Part shown: piece after piece, positions 7,916 through 18,141 of the stretch
Numbering within the stretch: position 1 is the stretch's first letter
Layout: the number at the start of each line of letters is the position of its first letter
NCBI GenBank assembly: GCA_965205975.1
Contig: OZ242195.1
Location: forward strand, 4,640,001-4,704,000
Direction of reading: 5' to 3'
DNA: 64,000 nucleotides
Source of the DNA: Candidatus Latescibacterota bacterium
Lineage (GTDB): Bacteria > Latescibacterota > UBA2968
Translations under genes and position numbers: made by a program
The notes under the pieces: generated by a model
What the model was told of the DNA's origin: nothing
The model's input: the letters and a program-made list of their open reading frames with translations, nothing else
Database searches by the model: none

Positions 7916-9210
7916 TACACTGGCCTATCGTATATTTTTTCAAATAATGCGTCGGGTCCGTCAGATGCGCGGTTGGGATCGACGATGGTGATGCCGTCTG
8001 CGCCGAATTGCGCTGTGACTGTGGCGCCTTTGCCTTCGCGCATGTATTCAAAATTGCGGTCGCAGACGATGCGCGCGGCATCTACGATTGCCGTGGTGAT
8101 TCGGCCGTCTTCAGCGGTGGGATAGATTTCTTTTACGTCTGATAGGGTTTCGCCCAGGAATTCGACGCGACATATTGCGACGAGTGCCACGATGATGCTG
8201 TCTGTGCCATAGCCCACATAGACTTCTGAGCCGTCGGGGCGTTTGACGTTGCGCGTGAAGTGGTTGTTTGAACTCTGGCTGCCGCCGTCTGCGTACCAGA
8301 ATCGAAATCCGCGATATTGCTGGTCGGATTCCACTTTGCCGTCGGTGCCGACTATTTCGTGTCCCTGATTGACGGGTCCTTCAAAATCGTCGGGGGTGAT
8401 CCAGTTGTTGTGGAAGTAAATGCTCATGCCGTTGTCGAAATCCACGCGTACCTGGACGGCGTCATAAGCGTCAATTCCGTCGCGTATGAGGCGTTTTTTT
8501 TGCCCTACGGCTGTGAGGGATACGGGTTTGCTGCGGTAGTAGTTGTAAAACAGATCGACCCAGTGGGGTCCCACGTAGGAAAAGGGGTCGCTTTCTTCTG
8601 CCCACTTAAATGTGGTGGTGGATACTTCGAGGGGTTCTTCCAACATGGCCAGTCCGTAAATGGGGTCGCCGATGCGATTGGCGATGTCGTGTTCGATGCG
8701 CATGTGATCCGGGTCGTAGCGCTTGTGCATATCGACCGCACATACCAGTCCTTTTTCATTGGCGAGTTCGATCATTTCGTCGGCTTCGTGAACCGATAAG
8801 CACATCGGTTTTTCGGTGATGACATGGGTGCCGTTGTTCAGTGCTGCGAGGACCACGGGCGTGTGCAGGTTGTCGGGTGTGGCGACGGCCATGACGTCGA
8901 GGTCCGGAAAGTCGCGCAATACATCTTCCCAGGGTGTTTCGCCCCAGTAGGGTGCGGGCGCGTGTCCGGTCCATTGCTCAAAATTGGCTTTTGCGCGCTG
9001 GGCGGAGGCTTCGCTGCGCGTGGCTATTGCAACGAGATCAAATTCGATGTCTGCAAGGTCGCGCGCCCAGGCGTCGAGTCCCACTCGTCCCATCAGGCCG
9101 CTGATGCCGTTGCGTTGCAGATCCGCAAATGCCCGGGCGTGAACATCGCCGCCAAACATCCCGGCGCCTATCAATGCTATTGTTACTTTTCTTGCCATTA
9201 AATACTCCAT
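7915..9210 (-). CDS. Gfo/Idh/MocA family oxidoreductase
   Basis: IGAGMFG, VATPDNLH, HVITEKPM. Confidence 0.85.
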   Translation of the reverse strand: MEYLMARKVTIALIGAGMFGGDVHARAFADLQRNGISGLMGRVGLDAWARDLADIEFDLVAIATRSEASAQRAKANFEQWTGHAPAPYWGETPWEDVLRDFPDLDVMAVATPDNLHTPVVLAALNNGTHVITEKPMCLSVHEADEMIELANEKGLVCAVDMHKRYDPDHMRIEHDIANRIGDPIYGLAMLEEPLEVSTTTFKWAEESDPFSYVGPHWVDLFYNYYRSKPVSLTAVGQKKRLIRDGIDAYDAVQVRVDFDNGMSIYFHNNWITPDDFEGPVNQGHEIVGTDGKVESDQQYRGFRFWYADGGSQSSNNHFTRNVKRPDGSEVYVGYGTDSIIVALVAICRVEFLGETLSDVKEIYPTAEDGRITTAIVDAARIVCDRNFEYMREGKGATVTAQFGADGITIVDPNRASDGPDALFEKIYDRPV

Positions 9211-9996
9211 TCAAGGTTGGGATTTACTACGTAAAAACGATAGGTCGGCCTTTGCCGCTGTCCAGAGGTCGTCCATGTTTTCTCCGGGTTCGCGGGTCCC
9301 TTTGGAAAATTCGACGGTGATGGAGCCAGAGAATTTGTATTCTGCCATCAGGTCCAGTGCTGTCTGGGCGCGTTCGGGATAGTCATTGAGCAAATGGACA
9401 TTGCTGTTTTCATCGCGCAATTGGGTGTGGGCGTGCGTGACTTTGGGACCAAAGAGGTCAAACCATTGCTTCAGGACATCCATTTCGGGGATGAAGCAGT
9501 GTACGATGATTTCCCAGCCTTCGATGCTTAGATCGTCGAAGAATGCTCTGGCGTCATCGGGGTCTTCTACTATTGTGCCGGGGTGGCATTCGCAGAGCAA
9601 TGTACAGGTTTGCGGGACTTGTTCGCGCCAGGCGCGCAGGTTGTTCAAATAGGTGTCGCGCAGGGCGGGGTCTTTGCCGACGTTGAATTTTACACCGGTT
9701 GAGCCGAACAGGCCGATCATTTCTGCCGCGTTTTGGCGCGCATTGGCATCGTTGTCGTCAAAGTCGCAATAGGTATTATAAATTGTTGCGGGAAAATTAG
9801 AGGATAGCAGTTTTTCGCGCTCGGCGTCTGAACACAGTGTGGCGTGATATTCCCACAGTTCCATTCCGTCAAATCCGGCTTCTCGAAATCGGTTAGTCCA
9901 GTCGCTTACTTCGTAGGTCGGTGTTTTGGGATCGCCCCAGCGGTTGAGGTCCAATAATATGGAGCCGATTAAAATTTGTCCATTGCGATTTGACAT
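9211..9996 (-). CDS. Sugar phosphate isomerase/epimerase (xylose isomerase-like TIM barrel)
   Basis: AGFDGMELW, LLCECHPGT, HAH, ITVEF. Confidence 0.7.
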   Translation of the reverse strand: MSNRNGQILIGSILLDLNRWGDPKTPTYEVSDWTNRFREAGFDGMELWEYHATLCSDAEREKLLSSNFPATIYNTYCDFDDNDANARQNAAEMIGLFGSTGVKFNVGKDPALRDTYLNNLRAWREQVPQTCTLLCECHPGTIVEDPDDARAFFDDLSIEGWEIIVHCFIPEMDVLKQWFDLFGPKVTHAHTQLRDENSNVHLLNDYPERAQTALDLMAEYKFSGSITVEFSKGTREPGENMDDLWTAAKADLSFLRSKSQP

Positions 9997-10022
9997 GTTA
10001 TATCTCCATTAGAATAAAAAGC

Positions 10023-10149
10023 GCGAATCAACGAATCAACGGAACGGGGTACAACTGGTCGTTTCCCAGACCAGTTCATCAACGACGGAGTTCGCACTGA
10101 CTTTGGGTGGTTGGGCGGGGTTCGTCTATTCGTCTATTCGTCTATTCGC
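10023..10149. repeat. Intergenic element of CGAAT(C/A)(A/G)A octamers in inverted orientation flanking an AACTGG..CCAGTT hairpin
   Basis: CGAATCAACGAATCAACG at left, TTCGTCTATTCGTCTATTCGTCTATTCG at right; related copy at 59406-59472. Confidence 0.7.
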
Positions 10150-10165
10150 AGATTTCCCTGCCTAT

Positions 10166-11032
10166 TTAAGGACTCCAATTTCTCATCAGCTTGCGCCAGA
10201 CTTTTATTATCTCGTTCTTTTCTCGAATGGCATCCTCCCAGATGTCGGGAAAACAGGCGAGCGCGTATCCAGATCCCTGGGGACCCAGTTCGGGTACGAT
10301 ATGGAGTATTTTGCCCGGTTTCGCGCCCTGTAACCACGCATTGAGGGCGGGTTCCAGATAATTGGTCAGCCAGATTTTGAAATCGCGATCCAGTCGCCCT
10401 TTGTCATTTGTTACCGGGGTCTGGCAATGGCTGCCGGTAAAAGGGCGAAAGTGGATGAGTTCGTGCATTTGCAAGAGGTCGGTGCGTTCAGATAATCGCT
10501 CCCAGTATTCGTGCGGGCGGAGTTGTTTGATGATTGCCGGGTGCGAGTGGTCGAAGTTCATGCGCAGTTTCTTTTTATATTTTTTTTGGTACGCATCGGC
10601 GAGTGCAAAGGCTTTTTCCGGCGTTTCTGTGCAGGTGTCGCGATGGATCTCGATTGCGGGTTTGACTTTGTACTTTTTTCCGGCTTTGACGACTGCTCGC
10701 GCGACTTTTACCGCAGCTTTTGTTTTTGTGTCGTGATCGCACAATTGCACGTTGATGTGAACCACGCCTATGTCGGCAAATGCTTTCATTTTTGCGTCGG
10801 CTTCTTTTTTGCTGCCCACATCTACCCCACCGACCATTTCCAATCCTTGTTTGTGCAGTTCTGCGGCTAACTCGGCGTCGGCGCCAGACGACATGCCGTG
10901 AAATCCCGCTTCTTTGACTTTTCTCACTTTGGTCTGGATAGTCCAGGGATTTCTTGCAGACGGGTAATCTCTCAATGACCAGTCTGCTGCCATGATTTTA
11001 ATTTTTGGTTTTTGAACTGTTTTTTTCGCCAT
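10166..11032 (-). CDS. Xylose isomerase-like TIM barrel protein
   Basis: IEIHRDTCTETP, NFDHSH, IHFRPF, VPELGP. Confidence 0.7.
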   Translation of the reverse strand: MAKKTVQKPKIKIMAADWSLRDYPSARNPWTIQTKVRKVKEAGFHGMSSGADAELAAELHKQGLEMVGGVDVGSKKEADAKMKAFADIGVVHINVQLCDHDTKTKAAVKVARAVVKAGKKYKVKPAIEIHRDTCTETPEKAFALADAYQKKYKKKLRMNFDHSHPAIIKQLRPHEYWERLSERTDLLQMHELIHFRPFTGSHCQTPVTNDKGRLDRDFKIWLTNYLEPALNAWLQGAKPGKILHIVPELGPQGSGYALACFPDIWEDAIREKNEIIKVWRKLMRNWSP

Positions 11033-11070
11033 GTAATACCTCCGCGACTATGAATACAAATTCTGGTTTT

Positions 11071-12528
11071 TTACATCGGTCCAATGCGTTCTGGACCTCT
11101 GTCCATTGCGAGCATTGACGCATCAAAGCTGCGTTGCATTAAGTCGAGTTTTATGTCTGCATGGTCGGGATTGTCCCACAGATTGTCAAATTCGTCTGGA
11201 TCCTCCTGTAAGTCGTAAAGTTCGCCCAGGTCGTGTCCGTGATAGACCACAAGTTTGTACCGCCTGTTGCGATACATTGTGGCAAATGTTCCGTCGGCTT
11301 GATCGAGTGCATCGTAATATTCACAACGCACAAAATCGCGGTGTTCGTCGGAGGGTTGATCACCGCTGAGCATGGGTGATAGCGAATGCGGTTGCATTCG
11401 CTCGGGTATTTCTATACCAGCGAGTTCCAATAAGAGGGGGGCAATGTCGCGCAATTCGACGAGTGCGTCGCTTTTTTGTTCCGGTTTTACGTGACCCGGC
11501 CATGAGAAAATGAGTGGTACGCGCACCAGTCCTTCGTAAAAACGACATCCCTTTTGAATCAGTCCATGGTCTCCGAGAGTTTCGCCGTGGTCGCTGGTGA
11601 AGATAATCAATGTGTTGTTGCGCTGTCCAGTTTCTTCCAGTGCGGCAATTATGCGCCCGAGTTGATCGTCGATCAATTTGATCATGGCGTAATAGGCGGC
11701 GATGAGTGTTTTTGCATCGCGTTTTCCGGCTGACTCAGATTCGTGCAATCCGCGCGTCGGTGTCCTGGGGATCACGGGACTTCGTATATCCAGTTCATCG
11801 GGATGCCGCCCTTTGGACTGGAAGTCGATGGCTTGCAGTTTTTCCTGTTGCGCGAGATCGCTTTCTCGAAATAGGGGACCGTTTACCTGTGCGGAGTCGA
11901 ACATATCGCGGTACGTTTTGGGGGGATTAAATGGCGGATGCGGGTCGTAGATGTTCACAGAGGCCAACCAGGGGCCATCGCGTTGCTCGCTCAAAAATTC
12001 AATGGTTTTTTCCGCACACCATGTGGTCTGGTGCAGTTCTGCGGGTACACCATCGGGACTTTTGATGAGTTCGCCCAATATTTCGCCTTTTGATCGCACC
12101 CAGTCGGCATAATCGTGTCCGGTTTCCCAATCGTCCCGGGGTGCGTGACTGTATTGCCAGTAGCGGTATCCGTCATCTGTTCTTTTTTCTATGCGCCCAT
12201 GCGCGCTTGATAAGTGCAATTTGCCGATTAGTCCGCAGTCGTATCCATTGTCTGCGAGTATTTTGGTGACCAGGGGGGGCGCGTCTGGGAAATGCGAATT
12301 GCCATTGCCATTTACGTGTACGGCACTGGCGTATTGTCCGGTCAAAAAACTCGTCCGACTCGGTGTGCAGATCGGACTCTGGCAATACGCATGGGTAAAT
12401 GCAAATCCTTCGGCGATTAGTCGGTCGATATTGGGGGTATCCACATGGGGATTGCCCAATGCGCCAATGGTGTCATATCGCTGCTGGTCTGTACAGATCC
12501 ACAAGATGTTTGGTCTTGTTCCTTTCAT
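11071..12528 (-). CDS. Sulfatase (Cys-type, formylglycine-dependent)
   Basis: PNILWICTDQQR, CTPSR signature, GKLH, PHPP, SDHGE. Confidence 0.92.
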   Translation of the reverse strand: MKGTRPNILWICTDQQRYDTIGALGNPHVDTPNIDRLIAEGFAFTHAYCQSPICTPSRTSFLTGQYASAVHVNGNGNSHFPDAPPLVTKILADNGYDCGLIGKLHLSSAHGRIEKRTDDGYRYWQYSHAPRDDWETGHDYADWVRSKGEILGELIKSPDGVPAELHQTTWCAEKTIEFLSEQRDGPWLASVNIYDPHPPFNPPKTYRDMFDSAQVNGPLFRESDLAQQEKLQAIDFQSKGRHPDELDIRSPVIPRTPTRGLHESESAGKRDAKTLIAAYYAMIKLIDDQLGRIIAALEETGQRNNTLIIFTSDHGETLGDHGLIQKGCRFYEGLVRVPLIFSWPGHVKPEQKSDALVELRDIAPLLLELAGIEIPERMQPHSLSPMLSGDQPSDEHRDFVRCEYYDALDQADGTFATMYRNRRYKLVVYHGHDLGELYDLQEDPDEFDNLWDNPDHADIKLDLMQRSFDASMLAMDRGPERIGPM

Positions 12529-12547
12529 GAATGCTCCTTGATCTAAC

Positions 12548-12574
12548 GGGCGGGCACAGGGGCACCGCCCCTAC
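12548..12574 (-). repeat. GTAG-type REP palindrome
   Basis: Minus strand GTAGGGGCGGTGCCCCTGTGCCCGCCC; its TAG is the stop of the C-N hydrolase gene. Confidence 0.7.
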
Positions 12575-13422
12575 TCCTGATGAGACGCACAATCTACTAA
12601 CTTCACACCGTCTTTCATCCATTCGCTCAGGCGCGTTGTGTCATTCACGGCTCGCAATGCGATGTTTCGCGATGCCTGATGGAGGTCTAATTTGCGGATT
12701 ATGATTTCGTCGGTGAATATGCCGGCTTCGGCTATGACGTTGCCATTTGGGTGGATGATTTTTGATTCGCCGTGGGAAGATCCCGCGCGGTTGATGTCCA
12801 GGGGGTCGGCAGGGGCGTTTGCCATGACGACGTAAATGTCATTTTCGGTTGCGCGGCTGATGGGCATGGCGCGATAGGCCGACAATTTGTGCTCTGAGGT
12901 GACAGAGCTTTCACAACTGGAGAAGAAGCAGATTTTTGCACCGGCTGCTGCGGGCAATCTCACGAGTTCGGGATATCGAATGTCGTGGCAGATTAAAAAA
13001 CAACAGGGTACGCCGCACAGGTGGTAAATGGGCAGGTGTTGCGCGGGTTCACACCATTTTTCACCCGCCAGATGTATTTTGCCATAGCGTCCCTGTATTG
13101 TGCCGTCTCGGTCTATGACGAGCAGGCTGTTGTAGCGTTGTCCGTTTTCGAGATGGGTTGAGCCGACGATTGCGGCCATGCCTTTTTCACGGCATACGTG
13201 AATAATTTGTCGTTCGGCTTTTTCAATGCGTGTTTGATCAAGGGTTGACCAGAAGTCGGGACAGTTGGAATAGCCGTATAAAACGCCTTCGTGAAATGCG
13301 GCTATTTCCACTTTTTCACGCGCACAGGTGTTCAGGCGGTCGATTACTCCATATGTATTCTTTTCGATGTTCTCATTGGCATGCATCTGACATGCGGCAA
13401 CGCGCAACCATTTTTTGGACAT
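12571..13422 (-). CDS. Carbon-nitrogen hydrolase (nitrilase superfamily)
   Basis: E-K-C triad: AFHEG, YGKIHL, LICHDIRYPE. Confidence 0.9.
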   Translation of the reverse strand: MSKKWLRVAACQMHANENIEKNTYGVIDRLNTCAREKVEIAAFHEGVLYGYSNCPDFWSTLDQTRIEKAERQIIHVCREKGMAAIVGSTHLENGQRYNSLLVIDRDGTIQGRYGKIHLAGEKWCEPAQHLPIYHLCGVPCCFLICHDIRYPELVRLPAAAGAKICFFSSCESSVTSEHKLSAYRAMPISRATENDIYVVMANAPADPLDINRAGSSHGESKIIHPNGNVIAEAGIFTDEIIIRKLDLHQASRNIALRAVNDTTRLSEWMKDGVKLVDCASHQE

Positions 13423-13559
13423 GTTTTCCTCCGATCGATGGCCAGACGCGAAATATAATCACTATTTTTTAAAAATGAAGGAATTTTTGGGCGCGGAGTA
13501 ATATTTGGTTTGGCGTGTTTTGTGTGATATATTGTGCGAGGTGAGACGTTAAAGGCACT

Positions 13560-13617
13560 CGTCATCGCGGCTGGTCCCCGTATAGAAGCACTACGGGGCA
13601 TGCTTGAGCCGCGATCC
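13560..13617 (+). repeat. CGTC-type REP palindrome with internal hairpin insert
   Basis: CGTCATCGCGGC...GCCGCGATCC with internal CCCCGTA/TACGGGG; shorter copy at 53540-53571. Confidence 0.7.
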
Positions 13618-13661
13618 AGGAGGTTTTTGCTGACTGCTGACAATTGAGAGGAGTTCATTAT

Positions 13662-15242
13662 ATGACCGGAATAAATTTGGAGCGATACAATATTACCAGG
13701 CCGCTTATTTTGCGCAATGCTTCGCCAGCGGTGCTTTACGAAGAGGCGCTGACCCACGAGACCGGATCGACTATTACGAGTACTGGGGCGCTTATTGTGC
13801 GTTCGGGAGAAAAAACTGGGCGCAGTCCAGAGGATAAACGCATTGTGCATCATCCCGATAGTGCGGACGATATCTGGTGGGGTGAGGTCAATATCAAACT
13901 CGATGAGCGCACGTTTCTGATTAATAGAGAGCGGGCTATCGATTATCTCAATGTTTGCGATCGCATTTATGTGGTTGATGGGTACGCGGGCTGGGATCCC
14001 AAGTATCGCATTAAGGTGCGGGTTGTTTGCGCCCGTGCCTACCATGCCCTGTTTATGCACAATATGCTTATGCGTCCCTCGCGTACAGAGCTTGAAAATT
14101 TTGGCGAGCCGGATTATGTTATTTTTAATGCTGGCAGATTTCCCGCGAACCGATATACGGCTGAGATGACCTCGACGACGAGTGTGGATGTGAGTTTTGA
14201 AATGCGAGAGATGGTTATTTTGGGGACGGAATATGCGGGAGAGATGAAAAAGGGTATTTTCACAGTTCTCAATTATATTTTGCCCAAGCAGGATATTTTT
14301 TCGATGCACTGTTCGGCCAATGTGGGTGCAGCGGGCGATACGGCGCTCTTTTTTGGTTTGTCTGGTACGGGAAAGACCACGCTTTCAGCCGAGCCTCAGC
14401 GTCGTTTGATCGGCGATGATGAACACGGGTGGAGTGATCGCGGCATTTTCAATTTTGAGGGTGGTTGTTACGCCAAGTGCATTGGTCTTTCGCAAGCACG
14501 CGAGCCGGAGATTTACAATGCGATCCGTTTTGGGACGGTGCTCGAAAATGTCGTTTTCGACGAGCATACGCGCGTGGTTAATTACGATGATGATTCTATT
14601 ACGGAAAATACGCGCGCGGCATATCCCATCGAATATATTCCCAATGCACAAATTCCATGTGTGAGTAGTCATCCCAGGAATGTGATTTTTTTGACTTGCG
14701 ATGCATTTGGAGTTTTGCCTCCGGTGAGCAAGCTCACGCCTGCACAGGCGATGTACCATTTTATCAGCGGTTATACGGCTAAGGTCGCGGGTACAGAGAT
14801 GGGAGTTACCGAACCACAGGCTTCTTTTTCGGCCTGTTTTGGCGCGCCTTTTCTCGTGTGGCATCCGGGGAAATATGCCGAGCAATTGGCAGAAAAAATC
14901 CAGCAACACAATTCGGATGTGTGGCTGGTCAATACGGGCTGGTCGGGCGGTGGTTACGGCGTTGGTAAGCGCATTACACTGACGAATACCCGCTCAATTA
15001 TTCGGGCGATACACAATGGTGCTTTGACAGATGTGGCGTGCGAGATAGATCCGCGCTTTGGTTTTGAGATTCCCAAAACCTGTCCAGATGTTACGGGTAG
15101 TATTTTGTCTCCGCGTGCGACGTGGTCTAATCCGTCTGAATACGATGCGAGGGCTACGCATCTGGCGCGGTTGTTTAAGGAGAATTTCAGGCAATTTGAA
15201 GATGGGGTTAGCGATGAGATTATAGAGGCGGGTCCCGCTTGA
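13662..15242 (+). CDS. pckA: Phosphoenolpyruvate carboxykinase (ATP)
   Basis: [58 protein letters not shown]. Confidence 0.97.
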   Translation: MTGINLERYNITRPLILRNASPAVLYEEALTHETGSTITSTGALIVRSGEKTGRSPEDKRIVHHPDSADDIWWGEVNIKLDERTFLINRERAIDYLNVCDRIYVVDGYAGWDPKYRIKVRVVCARAYHALFMHNMLMRPSRTELENFGEPDYVIFNAGRFPANRYTAEMTSTTSVDVSFEMREMVILGTEYAGEMKKGIFTVLNYILPKQDIFSMHCSANVGAAGDTALFFGLSGTGKTTLSAEPQRRLIGDDEHGWSDRGIFNFEGGCYAKCIGLSQAREPEIYNAIRFGTVLENVVFDEHTRVVNYDDDSITENTRAAYPIEYIPNAQIPCVSSHPRNVIFLTCDAFGVLPPVSKLTPAQAMYHFISGYTAKVAGTEMGVTEPQASFSACFGAPFLVWHPGKYAEQLAEKIQQHNSDVWLVNTGWSGGGYGVGKRITLTNTRSIIRAIHNGALTDVACEIDPRFGFEIPKTCPDVTGSILSPRATWSNPSEYDARATHLARLFKENFRQFEDGVSDEIIEAGPA

Positions 15243-15247
15243 GGAGA

Positions 15248-16504
15248 TTACAGGTAGGGGATGACCAGTGGGCCATCGGGCAAGACGGCTACGCGATTAT
15301 CCCGGGATTTTAGGTGCTCGTGTATTGCTTTATTGAGGTCGGGTATGACCTGTAGTTTGCAGGCTCGGACCTCGTCCTTATTCATTTCGGTATAGACTTT
15401 TACATTTACGCGGTCTAAGATGCCCGATAGAATTTGCGCCTGCCACTGGTCGAGGATGGGTTCGCGTGCATAGACCGATTCTATTACGTCTGCAGGGGTA
15501 TGGCCTTCGCGCATCAATGCCGCAAAATTGCCGTGGTCGGGTACGCCATCGCTGCACGCACTGGCCACCAGAATTGTTCCGCCATCGGTTACGATACGCG
15601 CTGCGGCTGAGATGCCTTTTACGGTTTGATACAAGTTTTGATCCAGTGGAAAGCCGCTATTGGATGTGACGACCAGCGGGAAGGGTGTTTCGACAGGGAC
15701 CATTGCCGAGGCTTTTACATCGGCGCACCCCTTTGCATGGGCTTGGGAGAGATCGCCCGCGTAATATCCCGATATTTTCTTTTCTGCGTTGAGTGTCACG
15801 TTGAGCAAAAAGTCCGGAGGACATAGCGCGACGCATTCGCGGATTTCCCGGTGTAGTGGGTTTTCGTGGAGTACGCCCCAGGTGCTGTTTGGGTCGGCGA
15901 TTAGTTCGGCGCGATGCAGTCTGAAAATGGTTTCAATGCTCGCCACACCGGGCGCGACGGCTTTTGGTCCGCCCGAGAAGCCCGCAAAGAAGTGCGGTTC
16001 GATAAATCCGAGGGCGATGCGCACATCTGCGTTGAGGTATTCTTTGTTCAAAAATACGGTTGTTCCATCCGCAGTTTTGCCCACCCGTTCGTTTTGCGTT
16101 TCGTCGAAGGCGTCGTGGTTGACAATGCGTACACGACGAACCAGGTCTTTGCCAAACATTTCGACAATTTCGCGCTTTGTGTTTGGTCTGTGCGTGCCGG
16201 TGCCGATCAATACGGTTACCTGGTCGGGGGATACGGGCAGTTCTTCGAGTAGATAGGGGATCAGTTGTTTGTTGGGCACGGGACGGGTGCCGTCGGATGT
16301 TGCGATTACGACGCGGTCTGAAGGTTTGACTATTTCTTTGAGCGGTTTTGTGCCGAGAGGGTGGCGCACGGCTTTGTGAAATAGCTGTTTGGGGTCTTCC
16401 AGTGCGGGTTCAAATGAGGGGCGTATTACGTCCCAGTGCGCCAGTTTGGGGTCTGTTTGAACAGATACGGCTCCCCGGCCATAAGGTATGTCGATTTGTT
16501 TCAT
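15248..16504 (-). CDS. larA: Nickel-dependent lactate racemase (LarA) family protein
   Basis: SDGTRP, GTGTHRP, NHD, PHFFAGFSGGPK, NLYQTVKG; start trimmed to MKQIDIPYG. Confidence 0.85.
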   Translation of the reverse strand: MKQIDIPYGRGAVSVQTDPKLAHWDVIRPSFEPALEDPKQLFHKAVRHPLGTKPLKEIVKPSDRVVIATSDGTRPVPNKQLIPYLLEELPVSPDQVTVLIGTGTHRPNTKREIVEMFGKDLVRRVRIVNHDAFDETQNERVGKTADGTTVFLNKEYLNADVRIALGFIEPHFFAGFSGGPKAVAPGVASIETIFRLHRAELIADPNSTWGVLHENPLHREIRECVALCPPDFLLNVTLNAEKKISGYYAGDLSQAHAKGCADVKASAMVPVETPFPLVVTSNSGFPLDQNLYQTVKGISAAARIVTDGGTILVASACSDGVPDHGNFAALMREGHTPADVIESVYAREPILDQWQAQILSGILDRVNVKVYTEMNKDEVRACKLQVIPDLNKAIHEHLKSRDNRVAVLPDGPLVIPYL

Positions 16505-16506
16505 TT

Positions 16507-17772
16507 TTAACCCCTTGCTAAGGCGTCTGCTGTTTGCAGGATGATTTCTTCTTCGCCCTGATATGGCGCGGGTTCCCCGTAATACGGATAGGCGTTGGGT
16601 TCGTAACCGCCTTCTTCGTATTGCCGCTCTGTACACAAATATCCCACTTCGTCATTGGCATAGCCCACAGGCCACAGGTCCTCGCTGATATCCCGCAGTC
16701 TTTTTTCCATTGCATGCCCAATTTCCTGTACGGGTTCGCCCGGTATGGTGATCAGTGCTATTGGTCCCACCTGCATCAGTTGCATTTCGGTGGGTTTTTC
16801 AGATGGGACGGTGCCTGATGCCATCATTTCCAGGACCTTTCTTGCCCAGGAACCTGTCAACAATTGTCCGCGGTCGCTTTCGTCTGTTGCCATTTTTTGC
16901 AGTTCTTCTTCGGGCATGAGGTCGCCATAAGATATTGCAATGTCGGTGCGGCGGGCAGATATGCCTTGTGCGGGTTGGGTATTCAGTCCGGTAGCTACGC
17001 GGCATACTTCATCGCCGAGTTCGTGACCGCACGCGTCCAATTGTTCTCTGGTGGCGGATGCGAATCCCCCGGTTTCGCTCAGGATGGCGGGGCGGATGTT
17101 GCCAAAGCATCCGGGTAAGAAGAGTGCTTTGCCGCCGAGGGTTTGTTCAATTCGGTTGCGGGCTATGCCGGGGTAATCGGGTGATATGATGCCGTTGGAT
17201 CCGCTGAGTGTGGTCGGGTGACAGGCGTAGTGGAATAATGTGGCGAGGGGGGTGTCGGTTTCTCCTGTTACGTGTAAGACTCTTACGCGGCGATCGACGA
17301 TTCCGCCGTAGTTCAAGGTCATGCTTGAAGCTCCAGGGAGTGGGCGGCGGTTGATGTTGAAATGCGCGGATCCGCATCCGAGACCGAGGGTTACGGGCTG
17401 GAGATTTGCGGCTGCTTCGGCTATGCACGCGGCGGTGGTTTCGACTATGCGATCCATATATTCGGGGTCGGGGGTCATGCCCAAACACGGCAATGTGGGG
17501 AGGGCGCAGTGCGTGTGGCTGCACGCTACCATTACGTTATCTCCCGGAATGATATTTGCCACTTTCGCCCGGATTCGGTCAGTGGTGGCTTTAGTTAGGC
17601 CGATGACGTCGAGTGTGGCAATGGCTATTTGTACATCTTCTTCGGCAAATACGACCGCTCGCACTTCAAGGGGGTATAGTACGGAATGCGATGGGTTGGT
17701 GTTCCAATGCCCCTGAAGCACTGGGCCGGGTTCTGGCGTGATGTCTCCGCTTGCAACGCCGCTTCGGATCAT
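16507..17772 (-). CDS. Neutral/alkaline ceramidase-like amidohydrolase
   Basis: DITP, SHTH, NINRR, YACHPT, SPDYPG, GCFGN, IPGEP, GYAND, GGYE. Confidence 0.75.
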   Translation of the reverse strand: MIRSGVASGDITPEPGPVLQGHWNTNPSHSVLYPLEVRAVVFAEEDVQIAIATLDVIGLTKATTDRIRAKVANIIPGDNVMVACSHTHCALPTLPCLGMTPDPEYMDRIVETTAACIAEAAANLQPVTLGLGCGSAHFNINRRPLPGASSMTLNYGGIVDRRVRVLHVTGETDTPLATLFHYACHPTTLSGSNGIISPDYPGIARNRIEQTLGGKALFLPGCFGNIRPAILSETGGFASATREQLDACGHELGDEVCRVATGLNTQPAQGISARRTDIAISYGDLMPEEELQKMATDESDRGQLLTGSWARKVLEMMASGTVPSEKPTEMQLMQVGPIALITIPGEPVQEIGHAMEKRLRDISEDLWPVGYANDEVGYLCTERQYEEGGYEPNAYPYYGEPAPYQGEEEIILQTADALARG

Positions 17773-18141
17773 GGTATGTCTCCTGAATTTGTACGTTCGG
17801 AATTTAATTTTTCAAATGTATCTCAGAATTGCCTTTCGCGCAATCTTCTTTGTAGGGGACAATGATTTCAACTCTTAAATTGGTAATGAATCAATATGTT
17901 CACTATTGCGTGCGCGGCGCGTTTTGATTTGTATTTGTTTTTTGAGGTGGTACTTAAATTCGGGTTGTGGATGCGAGCGCAATACCGCATATTTTAAGCA
18001 AAATGGGATGTTTGAGCTTCTTTTTTCCAATATAGGGCTCAATTTTTGAGATAGTGGCGTTTTCTGGCGCGCTATTTGCTAAAGGTCTGAGTGTTATGTG
18101 TCGTCTAAAACACATCCACCCTCAGATCCAAGGCAGTTAGC

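Noticed and set aside
13344..14309. 321-aa minus-strand ORF
   Set aside because: Antisense to pckA; no recognisable features.
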